A DNA stretch of 64,000 nt from Auanema rhodensis (GCA_964057225.1 OZ059898.1:8060001-8124000), one strand, 5' to 3'. Counted from the stretch's first letter, positions 49,080 through 61,654 are shown. Made by a program: numbers and translations. The notes: generated by a model from the sequence alone, not told the origin.

Positions 49080-49952
49080 TTATCGTCTGGTGGAAAATAA
49101 CATGTTATTTTTGTGAGCTTTTATAATATTTCCATCTTGATCCGTTATGCTGATGTTGTTTCCTTCAATTGTCACTATCCGGTAAGGTCCATCTCTTCGT
49201 ATTTGTAATTTGTTGCTTGGGTTCGCTCTTTGTACAAATACTCGATCTCCTATATCTAATATTCTTTCTTTTGTCCTATGTGCTTGATCGTATTTTTGCT
49301 TCATTCTTTCTTCATTGGTGACAATCTTTTTCTTGACGTTTTCTTAAATATCTCTTAAGTTTTTGAGCTGATCCGTGATATTTTGTTCTTCCGGTGTTTC
49401 CAAGTTTTTGTCAATGGGCAGACGTGCTACTTGTCCAAACAAACATTCGTATGGTGATGTTTTAGTGGTGGCGTTTGGTAATCTGTTGAGTGTAAAAATA
49501 ATCTTTGGAAGTATCTTATCCCAATCGTTTTGTTCGTCATTAACGTAGGCTGTTAATGCTTCTTCGATCGTCCGATATAATCTTTCTACTTGTCCATTAG
49601 CGTTTTTATAATACTGCATAGTAGTGTAATGTGCAGTTCCTAGATTACTGCACATAGATGTGAAATCGCGAGAAATAAAATTAGATCCATTGTCTGTGAT
49701 AATAGTAGGTTCCAAAACAGAGAAGAGGTATTTTTCAATACCTGATATTATTTCTCCTGATGTTTGTCTGATTAACGGAATTGCCATAATCCATTTTGAA
49801 AACAAATCTTGAATTGAGAGAACATTTCTGTTTTCTTGTTCCGTCCTAGGTAATGGTCCAAGTATATCCATGTGTACATTTTGCCATGGTGTTGTTGATG
49901 CTGGGAAAGTTTTCTTTGCCTTCACAGTTTCTTCGTGAAGGAGAGGGGCCAA
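49080..49952 (-). pseudogene. Gypsy-type DDE integrase fragment with in-frame stop
   Basis: PWQNVHMDILGPLP, IQDLFSKWIMAIPL, IITDNGSNF, ANGQVERLYRTI, TKTSPYECLFG, then an in-frame TAA at 49344 followed by MKQKYD...GDRVFV...DGPYRIV. The N-terminal HHCC domain is missing. Confidence 0.85.
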
Positions 49953-51444
49953 ATGTTATCATACTTCCATCACTTTCGATAACATATGGTCGTTTCGGGA
50001 TTGGTGCTTGAGTGGGGGCTTGGGTTTGTATCCTTATGTATTCTTGATGATCTTTTTAACTTTCTTTTCTAAAGTTTTTCTTTCGACTATCTCTGTTTTT
50101 TGTTTCTTTATTTTTTCATAGAATTTGGGATTGGCAAATTGTTTTTGGATCCCACGGTGTCTTGGGGTATGTATTGCTGTTGACTTTGTTTTGATTCTTA
50201 ACTTCGCTTGTTTTGTAGAGGGGGGGGGGGAGAATATGTTGCGGGCGGTTGCTTTTTTCTTCTTATAATATTTGAAGTGGCAGCAGGGTCCAGCGGAGGT
50301 TTTGGACCAGTATTGGGCAGCATCGTTGGTATCCTGTAAGGAAATTTGTTATATCCAACGTGTGCCAAAATAATTTTATATATAGAAAAACGTAAAGAAT
50401 AATGTTGGGTTTGTGTGCGCGATTCTTCATGAAGGTAGCTAGTCTTGCAAGTCATCTCTTTACCAATATAGCTCGTCCGGGTCTAACACAGGTTTGAAAC
50501 TAGTGTGCCTTTTCGAAGGGACAAGTTCTATATTGTGAAAAAGGCATGAAATGAAAGTTAATAGTTCTTTTGGGACGAGGATACAAAATAGAATTTTTGC
50601 AATCATTTCATTTTCCCAGACCTCATCAACCTATCTGTGTCAAAGGTATATCAGCTGCCTTCTGCATCCTGCTCTCTGACTCTATGATGGCGAGACCAAT
50701 CTTATTATTAATATCAATGTGGGGCAGTTGTGGGGCAAATTCTTTAATTATTTCATGGGGGTGGCATTATTCTTAACAAGGGGGGGAGGTTGTGTATAAG
50801 TTTAAAACTTATTGCTTAATTTAATTATTTTTCGCTTTTTTAGGTGCTAGGGTTATCGGAATTTGGACAAGGTGCGCCTAATAAATATTTTTGCTGTCGT
50901 GTTTAACACGGGAATTCTTGCTTTATGAAATTACGGGGGGAAGGGGTGGGTTTATGAGAATACAGTGTAGTAGTATAAGAATAATTGTTTTATAAACGAA
51001 CATAAACAAAATTATGAAAAGATATTATGATAAGATGATTAAGATTGAGAGGTATAAAAAGCAATATTTCTTTTTATTCCTTAATTCGAAAATACTTTTA
51101 TGAAAAAATGTGGAGATAAATTTATAATTCTTTGAAAGTTTATTTACTGAATTTGGATAATGTTTTTTTATAAAAGATTTTTGAATTTTGAAAAAATAGA
51201 GAAATTAATAACTACGTAATATTATGAAGAAATGAAAAGGATTCATGAGAATAAGTTAATGAAAAGAAAAATGAGTTTCGTAAAGAGTTTTGGGATATAA
51301 ATTTTTATTAGAAAAAGTTTTTAGAGTTTTTAATAAAATATATTATAAGCAGAACTTTTTAGAGAGATAAGATTTCGGATGAGTAAGAGTTGTAGAAGGC
51401 AGCGCTTGAGTTCCTTTACGAGATCCTGTCTAAAAGGAAGGATT

Positions 51445-51459
51445 TCGGTGGAACCTCCA
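51445..51459 (-). promoter_or_regulatory. Primer binding site complementary to the tRNA-Gln 3' end
   Basis: Minus strand TGGAGGTTCCACCGA is complementary to ...TCGGTGGAACCTCCA, the metazoan tRNA-Gln 3' end with CCA. Confidence 0.75.
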
Positions 51460-51781
51460 CGTCCCATTTGGATCCTCTATGGTTTCAAGTTGAGGTAGTC
51501 CAAACAGACTATGATAGGATGAGTATGATTTTAAATATAAGTGTGTAATGTATGGTGAAATAAGAAACAAGAGATAAAATATATAAAGGTTTATTGTTTG
51601 CATTATAAAGTAATTTATACAAAGATTTAAACTAGAAAAGAGAATGAGATGCCTGCTTATAAAGAAACCATCTAGAAAGTTCTCAGAATGTCTTAAACAC
51701 TATCTGCATTAATTTTATAATGGCAGCTGACATGGTCAGTTGCCTTCCTTTGTGACATCTATGTAACACCTTCCAACAAGC

Positions 51782-52218
51782 AGCTGTTGCACAGCCCTTA
51801 GCAGCTTTCTGTTTAGGACTAACCACGACTCCAGAATAAGTTCGCTTTGCTCTGACGATCAAAATCAAAGCACCTCTGGTAACACCATGGTGTATGAGGT
51901 TCTGTGGATATACTGATACATCTCTTGTCGTTCATCAGTCGATAACTGATACCCTGCACCTCCGGTAACACCGTCGTATATGAGGTTCTGTAGATATGCT
52001 CGTACATCGGGGTCGTTAAGAATGTCAAAGAAGCGAGAGTATCTCGGAGACAACTTCTCAGAGAAAGATGGTCGAGATGGTCACAGAAGCTTTCTGTACC
52101 GTGCTAAGCACGACTCCTCAACTCCTCAATAACTTCGCCTTGCTATGGCGACCAAGATCAGCATGCATAAAAGTCGAAAAAGGAATGTTAAATTCAAATT
52201 TAATTAGAAAAAACAAAA
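51782..52218. repeat. Degenerate, rearranged 5S spacer sequence
   Basis: Inverted 15-mer (AGCTGTTGCACAGCC), partial duplicated spacer pieces, then a diverged near-complete spacer carrying the GTGCTAAGCAC variant. Confidence 0.85.
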
Positions 52219-52295
52219 AGCTTACGGCACCCAGGATTCCCAAGCCGTCTCCGATCCAAGTACTAACCGGGCCCAACGTTGCTTGACTTGCCAGA
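52219..52295 (-). pseudogene. 5'-truncated 5S rRNA pseudogene (nt ~43-119)
   Basis: 3' 77 nt of 5S with one mismatch, ending at a tandem duplication of GACTTGCCAGA. Confidence 0.9.
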
Positions 52296-52306
52296 GACTT
52301 GCCAGA

Positions 52307-53013
52307 TTTTGATAACAAGCGATATCATTCAAAATTAATTTTAAAATATCCTGCCTCTGAATCGTTTTCTGTACATGAATTCACATAGATATGAATCTAA
52401 CATTCCTTCATGTACTCCCCACATTCTCTTGAATTTCATCTTGGCAACGTTCCACATCGATTCTACTTGTAACTCTTCCAACAATCAGAAATGATAGTAG
52501 TCCCTTCTTTTATTAATGCTTTGATGCATGATTCCAGAGTGTCCCCAGTTCTATCAGGAACAACATAGATGAAGCATTCATTTGTTTTGCGACAAGTGCC
52601 ACCAAAAACCCATGTCTGCTTCTTCATGCGACTTACATTGTATTTCTTTTTAGATACCAAACTCTCATCAATTTCCACGGCGTACCTTGGCCCACCAATT
52701 ACAAGTTAATCGAGTTAATTTTCAACTGTGTCTTGCAAAACTTCATAGTTGTCAACTCATGGCTCCACCAATAAATGAATGACACTATGATTGGTAATGG
52801 GAGATGGCAATCTAAAGCATATATAAAAAAATATATACCATTAATTAATTATACCTCCAAAACATGTGTCTGATTTCAAACTGAGTTCTTTATTCCACTT
52901 TTTATCGATACAGCGAAATCTATTTCTCTTTTCAGAGAGCATTAATTTCATTCTGGTACCGCAAATACAAACTCTTTCTTTTGGCAGTAAGTTCTTTTCT
53001 TGGAGATATTGAA
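52307..53013 (-). mobile_element. Merlin (IS1595/ISXO2-like) DNA transposase fragment
   Basis: LLPKERVCICGTRM...RFRC...; FIYWWSHEL; IGGP..VEIDES..KKKYN..TWVFGG.CR.TNECF...VPDRT..TL...I...I.EGTTIISDCWKSY; QVESMW..AK...GV....LDSYLCEFMYRKR. Internal deletion and frameshifts; no terminal inverted repeats seen. Confidence 0.88.
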
Positions 53014-53315
53014 TGTGCAACAGCTCTTGTCATTCATCAGTCGATAACTGATACCCTGCACCTCCGGTAACACTATGGTGTATGAGGTTCTGTGGATATG
53101 CTGATAATTGAAAATGGCAGACACTCGTTGAAAATGGCAAACAAGCGAGAGTTTCACTGAGACAAATTCTCAGAGAAAGATGGTCGAGATGGTCACAGAA
53201 ACTTTCTGTACCGGGCTAACCACGACTCTCCAACTCCCCAATAAGTTCACCTTGCTCTGACGACCAAGATCAGCATGCATCAAAGTCAAAAAAGGAATGT
53301 TAAGTTCAAATTTAA
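53014..53315. repeat. Terminal degenerate 5S spacer copy without a 5S gene
   Basis: Colinear with the array spacer but with many substitutions; stops just before the next 5S gene would start. Confidence 0.85.
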
Positions 53316-53745
53316 GGAGTGGATGTTGTACATGCCAACAAGCCAGGGCTTTCAACAACTGTTATCGTTTGCTCGCCTGGCTTTAAGAAATTTATTGAAT
53401 ATTCAAACGTTTTATATTATAATGAAAAACATGTATTGTGATGCAAATATTTGAATTATAAATGAATTATTATAAAAATAAAAATAAATAACTTCTTATA
53501 GCTATATATATATATATATATCAAATAGGTCAAGCTATACATCAAAACAATACAGAATACAGTTGAAGTTGCATAGAGATCAATTGGAATTCGTTGAAAG
53601 CATATAGTACTACGATGTGTAAAAAAAACAATGCAAAATGAAAGAAAAGTCATAAATTGAAAATATAAAGAAGAACCGCATAAATTAAAACTAATATTGA
53701 ATATTAATAATAATGAATATTACTAAATAGATCAATTGTTTATGA

Positions 53746-56700
53746 TCAATGTATTCCTTCTGATCGTAAAATATCTTTTTCGTTTCGTTTAAGTTCTTCA
53801 TCAGATAATAATCTATCGATTAAATTCTCAGTTTGATCCAAAGCAATCTGAAATTTCTTATTCAGCTTTAATAGTACGATGAATTGATGAACACAAACCT
53901 GTTTGATGACTGGCTTTAAAACTTGACCTACGGTAGTTCGTTTTTCTGTAGTTTCATCGGTATGTTGATGAGAAGCATCTCTCATCGGAGTAAATGGAGC
54001 TATAAGTCTTTGAAGAAAATTGGGCTGAACCCGAGGAAATAGGGGATGAATAATAGAAAGATCTATCTCATCTGACATTGCTGGCTTAAACAAAAATTTG
54101 AAATAAATTTAAGAAAAAGTTTCTTACTTCCATTGATGAAGCATGTATTGATGAAGGTGTTGTCCATATAGAATTTTCTGAACTATATTGATTAGACATA
54201 TAATCCATTGGTTGAATAGGAATAATTGTTGGATATGTAGTTGTCATAACACTTGGAATTAGTTCTTTTGGAAAATTATTTAATGTTTCATAAACATTTT
54301 TATCATTATTATCAATTTTCTTATCATTTACAATTCTGTAAAATATTAAATTAATAAGATATATCTATTATTTTATATTAATTACCCATTTCCATGCCAA
54401 TTAATTAAATTAATTTCTGTTGGTAATCGTGGAATTATAACACGTTGATCAGGATTATACATACCATTTGTATTTTTAAATGTTCTCTTAATTTTAATTA
54501 TTTTATTATATAATATATAAAAATTAATTTACCTCATTAAGTTTTTCACATTGACCAAGTTGCTGATTGAATATCAATCCATCTGGACAGAAACGTTCAG
54601 TCCAACGTCCTCTTCTACCATACATTGGTGAACATTGAAGATATGCCGAAGGATTACTTGAAATATTCAATCAATAATTGAAAAATAATTAAAATTTTAC
54701 TTTGGATGCAAACATAGAGTATCTTCTTCATATGAAAATGGGCAACCAGCGTTTATAATACATCCAGATAATACTCTTGCTGATGCTGTTCCATGAGTTC
54801 TCTGTTAAAATTTTATGAATATATTTCATAAATTAATTATAAACTCACTTCTGATTCCATGTCAATTTCACTTGAAATCCATGCTACAGGTGGTCTCCAG
54901 GAATTTTCATTTGTTGACCAGCTTGATGTTTGTTTTATTGGTTGAGATAGCGTACTTTGTGTAGGACTAGGAGTAGTAAATCTAATAATTCCGTTAGAAT
55001 CTGGACTTAAATCATTTCCATTTGATATTCTAAAATAAGAAAAATATTAATTATAAAATAATATTAAGTGTATTACTTATAAAAAGGTTGATTTGGTCGT
55101 GGTAATGTAGCCTGGGGGAACATCGGTCTTTCCGGCATCATTTCTTCAGTGCTTACTGTAATTATTAAGTTTATATATTAAATCAAAGATTATCCATTAC
55201 CTAGACGATTGAACTTTTTCTCGTTTTCTAATAAATGTTGCATTTCAAGTCTCTGCTGTTCCATCTTCTGCAGCTCTTTAGCTGCAAGTTCCCTCTCATG
55301 TTTCTCCCTTGTTAGATGATCTTGTTCCAACTTTTCTCTATTCAGTCGATCACGTTCCATTTTTTCATTTTCTTGACGTTCTTTTTCTGCTTTTTCTTTT
55401 TTCTCGTTCTCACTGCGAGCTTTTTCCAAACGTTCAGCTTCCTTCCTAGCCAACTCAATCTCTAACTGCTGGCGACGCTCTTGCTCTACTTGTCGTTGTT
55501 TCTCAACCTGCTCAAGTCGTTCCTTCTCTTCTTTACGCTGTTTTTCCAGTTGATGTAATCGCTCTTGTTCTTCTTTACGTTGTTTCTCCATTTTTTCACG
55601 AAGTTCCCTCTCTTCGATACGTTGCCTTTCTAGATTTCGTTCACGCTCCAGCTGCTCAGCATTACGACGTTGTTGCTCTTCTTCCAATCTTTTTCGTAAT
55701 TGCTCTTCTTCCATTTTTAATTTTTCTATTTCCATACGACGTCTCTCTTCCTCTTGACGTTTTCTGATTTCTTCGTCCAAACGTCGTTCAGCTTCAAGTT
55801 CAAGCTGCTGCCGTCGCTGCTCTTCTTCCATTTGAAGTTGACGCAACTTTTCTTTCTGTCGTTGTCGTTCAGATTCCAATTCTTTTATAAGTCTTTCCTT
55901 CTCTAACTTTTCCATTTCGGCACGATGTCGTTCCTTCAAAAAAGCTGCTTCCATATTTTTTTCCTTCTCACTTTCTCGGCTTTTCTCGTAACTTCGTATA
56001 TTTTCTTCCATAGTATGTTGCTGACGAAGCGCTTGCTGTCTCTGTTCAATGATTTCTAATTCAGATTGTGAAAACGGAGATATTGAAGATTTCTTCTTAT
56101 TATCAACCAATTTCATTAATCTTTCTAATAAATCCATCTCACTCATCTTCGATCCTTTATATTTCACTGTATATTCTGGTTGTAACGTTACTTCTGATGA
56201 CTGAGGTAAGCTAAATTATATTATTGTCATATGATTATCAAAAAATGTTGAAAACTTAGTATAAGTTGATGTTTGAGTATTTTTGAAAGTTTTAGGTAGC
56301 AATGTTGTAGTTCGTGCTCGATTTCCTGGAACTGTAAATGCTGGACTGAATGTTCGACTTGACACTGAAATATATTAATTTTATTATATGCATAGTTGTT
56401 TATACTTGAATTAAATGTTAAAAGTATTCTCCTTATATGTATAGCTACATACCTGAAGATGTGCTTAAACTAGGCGGAGCTAAAGATTGTATTGTGGACG
56501 GAATGTAATTGTCAATTGTCCTTTGATGTCCAGCCGACAGAGTAAGAGGAGTTGTATATATTGGCATTTCTGTTGTTGTTGTCAACTTCTTCAGCTTTCC
56601 TTTACCTCTTGGCCGCTTTGGTTTCTTTGTAGAAAATACAAATTCTTCTTCAATTGGAGCTGCTGCTTTAACATTATTTTTGGTTTCCTGAAAAAGGGAT

Positions 56701-57138
56701 TGAATAGATAGTATATGAATATCAGATCATACTGTTGAACTAACAGGTTTTCGTGCTATTATACCATCTGATTGTTGACGTTCTTTACAATCCTATAACA
56801 AAATTTTAAATATATATACGTATGAAGTTTTGATCAAACCTTATCAGAAGGATGGAATGTCATTCCTGGAGCACATGGAACAATCCATACACGACCAGAT
56901 GGTCCACATTGCTTATATCTTTAAAAAGAATATATAAAGATATTATTATAATATTTATGTATAAGATACCTTGTTGGATCGCCTTGTACATCTTGAAGTC
57001 CAAATAGATCATGCTGGCAACGTTCCAAAGTGAAAATAATTTCGGCCCGAACTGAAATAAAATTTGTTTTATTATCTTTTTGTTTTCTTTTAAAGATATA
57101 TCACATTCATATCTTAATAGATGTAAGGGATGGACCAT
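53746..57138 (-). CDS. Chitin-binding (peritrophin-A/CBM14-like) domain protein with a long E/R/K/Q-rich helical centre
   Basis: N-terminal domain CQHDLFGLQDVQGDPTR|YKQCGPSGRVWIVPCAPGMTFHPSDK|DC; Ser/Thr/Pro linker; charged helical exon 55200-56210; second domain GCPFSYEEDTLCLHP|SNPSAYLQCSP..GRWTERFCPDGLIFNQQLGQCE. The first exon and signal peptide were not resolved, so the start is uncertain. Confidence 0.75.
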
Positions 57139-59356
57139 TAAACTGTTTGATGACGAATAACTGAATTGTATCTGAAGGTTTGTTAAGGTTTGAACAGTCA
57201 TCAGAATCATTTGGCTGATGATTGCATTAATCTTCGAGTAGACATATCCTAACAACCACTTGTCAGTCCAATCCCGTCAAAACAGTCAATATTTGCATTA
57301 TTTTCTCTATACCTTATAGAAAAATGCAATAAGAAGCTAAGCCAGTAACTTAGAAGTTGTTGAAAATTTAAAAAAAAACGAAGTTGTTATTGCATTGAAG
57401 GATTTCCACCCATTTTTGTTATTTTCTTTATTTAAGATTAATCGATTATATATTTTTGGAATGATTAACAATTCACAAAATGAAAAGAAGATCTTAACGG
57501 AATTATTGAGTTTAGAAGATTTTGTATGAAAAAAAATGAAGAAAATACTGTTTTATTTCCAAAAAAATGCAATTAATCAAGCTAAATTAGATAATAATTA
57601 TATAATTTTTTATATTAATCGTAAAGTGGGAATATAATAATAGTTATATATTTATATGTTATTCGGAGAGAAAAGGCCTTGTTTGAATCGCCGTTTTTTC
57701 TTGTATTCTTTTCAGAATAACCGTTTAGCTATTTAATCTATTTCCTTCACTTTGTGACCCTCAAGCCGGACAGTGAAGTTGCAGGACTAGCAAACACAAT
57801 GTAACAAATAGCATTTGAATAGATGGAAATAAAAAGAGGAAAAACGAAAAACTGTATTAGATCGGGGTTCGTATTTCCACTCGTTTTCAACAATGGTTTA
57901 TATGAGCCAGGTTTAGATTTCAACTAGTTTTTGAACTCTTCAATTGCATGAGCTTGAGCTTAAACAACGGTAATCTAGGTTAAATTGAAATAAAAGAAGA
58001 CCATTTTTTAAAAAAACTTTGATCTCTTATAATACTTCAGATTAAAATCAATTTTTCATTTAAGTTGCAAGGAAAATATTTGAATATTGAATAGCTTCAA
58101 CTGAAAAAAACATTAAACTAACCTAATACAAGAACATACAGCAGACAATACACAAATGGTATTGTCACTCGTAACATCCTATTACACCGTATAAATAAAT
58201 TCTGAAACTGATTATGTGAATAAAACTTAATTAATTTAAGAATACAAAGAATAATATGAAAATGAAAATATTAATAATACAAATTATTCAAAAATTCTGG
58301 AGCATTACGAATTGGTTGAAGTTGAATCAGCTACTATGTGGTGATAATAGTCGAGCACGAATTAACATCATGATCAAACAGTTTGAATAAGAAAATGGGT
58401 GGAGGTAAAGGAAGTCAGACAGTAGATAGAAGGTTTTTCAACAAATGCACTGACCACACGAATGACCGTCAAACTGTCATCCGGCTGTCAAAGCATTTTG
58501 ATCGAAAAAAGTTTGTTGAAAAACGAAGAGGAACAGCCTTCCATCAGAATCAGAATAGAATTTTCATTTTAAGAATGACCATATAAGAATGCGAAAAATA
58601 GAAAAAAGGCCGATATAGGGTATCTGGGAGTTATATTGAAGGGGGAAATCCGGATAGTCTTGAATCTGACAATTGATTGTATTTAGCTCATTCCAGATTT
58701 AATTTCATTAAAAAAAAACTTTTGAATAGATCATGCTTGAATTCTAAAAAAAAGTTGGAAAATCATAATAAAATAATAATCGAATAAGACGAAACGCAAC
58801 ATCACTGTATGCCCGGCAGCATTTGATGATATCCTTGTGTGTCATTGATATGAGTGTTTGGCGTCAAAGGCGTCAACCAACGCTAATCAGAAAACTGGAG
58901 ATCTACAGACAGAAGACTTGTCTCGTTGGAGACTCAAACTTCTAGATGATTCTCTTCATCGTCCATCATCTGTATTGCTTTTTTTCTTTTTTTCTTTCGT
59001 CTCTCCCTTATTGTATGCTGTCCAACGGTCCACTTAGACAAACTTCACCTCAGCCCCGCACCTTCTTTTATTGACAGTTGCCTGCCACTTTGTTCTCTGA
59101 AACAAACTGGTAAATCTCAATGTAAACGATATCCAATATCAGAAATTTTAAAATAATAATTTGATTAAAAACAATTGAAAATCGGATAAAGGAAAAAAAA
59201 GGAAAAACCTAAGAAATATCATTTTCATTGTAAATAGGTCAAACCTCAACTCATATGGTAATCTATTGTTTGTATGAAAAATCAAACAATATCATTGTTT
59301 TCTATTGAATGTTTAATACTTTTTTTTGGTTTCAGTTTAATTCATAAATTCTATTT

Positions 59357-59554
59357 ATGGTAGATAGACAAATGATTGAAGAAAAAGCTGTTACATTCAT
59401 TCAGCAAAATCTTTATTCAATAATATCCGGAACCGTATATCGTGTCGGATACGACAGTGACAGCTTGAGCAATGGCGAACCAGAATTCAAATATCTTGAA
59501 AATAAACAGAAAAAAATTGCATTTTTCAAACAATCTCGTAAAGAATATATATGA
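59357..59554 (+). CDS. Possible 65-aa small ORF, unknown function
   Basis: ATG-started ORF about 20 nt after a TTTCAG acceptor (59331-59336), GC-richer than its flanks. No recognisable homology. Confidence 0.25.
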   Translation: MVDRQMIEEKAVTFIQQNLYSIISGTVYRVGYDSDSLSNGEPEFKYLENKQKKIAFFKQSRKEYI

Positions 59555-60387
59555 AATTAATTTTATTTTTTCAATAAATAATATATCTCTCTATCTATAT
59601 CTATATCTATGAATATTTAGATATATTATATACTTATATCTATGGAATAGTACGTAACTATGTATGTACTTTCACTTTTAACACATCATGCTCCTCATAC
59701 ATCTGTTCTGTTTTTCTTTCTGCTATATCTATCTATATCTATGTATATATAGGCTCAATAGAACTTTCAGTCATTAAGTAGTCTTGTCACATGTTAGTCT
59801 ACACCCTCTTCAATCTTATATGTAGATAAATTGACCTGAGAGTTCTCGAGAGAAGTGTCAAGATAAAGATTGTCGGCTAACAGAAGGCCATATACCAATG
59901 GCTAGGTCATAACCTAATAACTTCCCAGAAGAAAAAGCGAAAAGAAAAAAAAGATTATTGTCATATGGTAAGCTGTGGGATGTCTACACCTTTTCATACA
60001 TACTTTAGATATAAATGATCTATAGTATATTAAACAAGATGTCATATCTAATCTTGCATGTATTAACTATATTATATAGTTATCTCTGCTATCAAATAAT
60101 TTATATAAATCTACAAAGAATTATTCACATCTGCTATTAGTTTTGATCAAATTATTTGACATATGCTATTGTATTTCTGCAATTGGATAGTAACCGTAAT
60201 CTGTTACATATTTAATGGATTTCAAGAAAAAAGAAAAGAAAGAACATGATTTTATGAAAATATTTATTTTCTGAGACCAAATAGAAGTTTATTCAATATA
60301 TACACGTTCAACATGTGGAATTTGAAGCATATAGTCATCATCACAATGACATATATAATTAGAAAATAGGAAAATATAACATCATCC

Positions 60388-61654
60388 TTAGTAGTTGAAT
60401 TGATCAATTTTTAGTGTATTCGTTTGATCAACTAATGGCTTCTTCATACTTACTTGTAAATTGCGTAATTCATGAATATCCTTAAAACATTCTTTTATGT
60501 GTTTTTATTGTCAAAAACTATAAATTTACCTGAGTAAGCTGATGAATATTGGCTTTGTTAATCTGATCTTGTTGCTGCCAATGATGATTTTCCTATAATG
60601 TTGCAAATATATGAATCAAAGACGATATGAGTTAAAACCTGTCTAAGTTGGTTAACAAGTTCTTTTAAAACTCGAACTTCTTCTTGAAGCATTTGTTCAC
60701 GTTGACTTCTCTTCTTACGTGATTGCTTAGCAGCTAAGTTATTTCTATCTCTCTTCTCACGATATCTACAAAGTTTCTCGGTTATTGGGCATATTATAAA
60801 ATAATCTACTCGCTCAACATCTTCGAAAGATGAATGAAAATTTATATTTTAAGTCTTTAATTTCACAAATTATGTGATTTTTTTAATTTTTACATACTAC
60901 TTTTACTCAACTCTTTCACACTACCTTACCGTATTACGAGTATAATGAAGAAAGTGTGATAAACCTGAAAATTTGATTAAACAAGAGCTTGTAAAAAGCA
61001 CCTTGTTGTTATTTTTAGAATTAAATAATTAAAAAAAATAAATATTTATATTTAGAAATGTTTCAAAAGAATGAGATGGCGACTAACTTTTTTAATTCTT
61101 CGGGGCTAAGCTTAGGAGAACCAGATGAGGAAGAATTTGATCCAGGAGGTGTTTTAGCTCCGCGAGCCATAATGCTTGATGTTCCAGCAGTTGTTGGAGC
61201 ATCATAGAATGAAGTTGTACTTCCACAGAAAGAAGAAATTGGGGTATTATAATGAGACATCATTGGAGTACTGAAAAATGATGAATTAGAAGAAAAATAA
61301 ATCAGATTAAAGTGTGAAAAGGAAAATGCTATGTATATATAGCTATTAGGAAAAAGATATTCCTTTTAGCAAAAATGAGGGTGAAGCCTTGTTTGACCTT
61401 CCAAAGGCTAAATGAACTTAGTTCATCTCAAATGAGTTTTGCCAGAAGGATGTCAAAGAAATATGTTGCCAACAAGGAAGAAGTTTTAAAGTTTTCTAAG
61501 TAATCAAGAACTTTGGAATATTTCATATTTGAAAATGAATCTTAATCTATAGTCCCAAGAATTCTTCACAATTAACTTACTTATAAGCAGCATAGTTAGG
61601 AAATAGTTGCTGAGTCTCGAAGGATGGCATTGCTCCATAAGTAGCAGGAATCAT
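60388..61654 (-). CDS. bZIP transcription factor (PAR/CEBP-like basic region)
   Basis: Exons MIPATYG...|TPMMSHY...EELKK|YREKRDRNNLAAKQSRKKRSQREQMLQEEVRVLKELVNQLRQ|ENHH...|DIHEL...NY*. TTTTTCAG trans-splice-like acceptor just before the ATG. Intron phases are consistent. Confidence 0.88.

Larger units (their letters stand above)
47440..51768 (-). mobile_element. Degenerate, internally deleted Ty3/gypsy-like LTR element
   Basis: Gypsy-type integrase core with GPY motif, tRNA-Gln PBS at 51445-51459, and an LTR-like block at 51460-51768 (TGTTACA start, TATA-like box, AATAAA). No RT, RNase H or protease seen. Boundaries are approximate. Confidence 0.7.

Noticed and set aside
50218-50800. Plus-strand G-runs followed by TGT, resembling polypurine tract + LTR starts
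   Set aside because: No partner LTR or plus-strand retroelement ORF. They are equally explained as C-rich/Pro-coding sequence of the minus-strand relic.
53340-53385. Hairpin AAGCCAGG...CCTGGCTT containing TTATC (sbRNA/Y-RNA-like)
   Set aside because: Lacks the GTG/CAC upper stem and bulged-C lower stem, and no Pol III promoter is evident.
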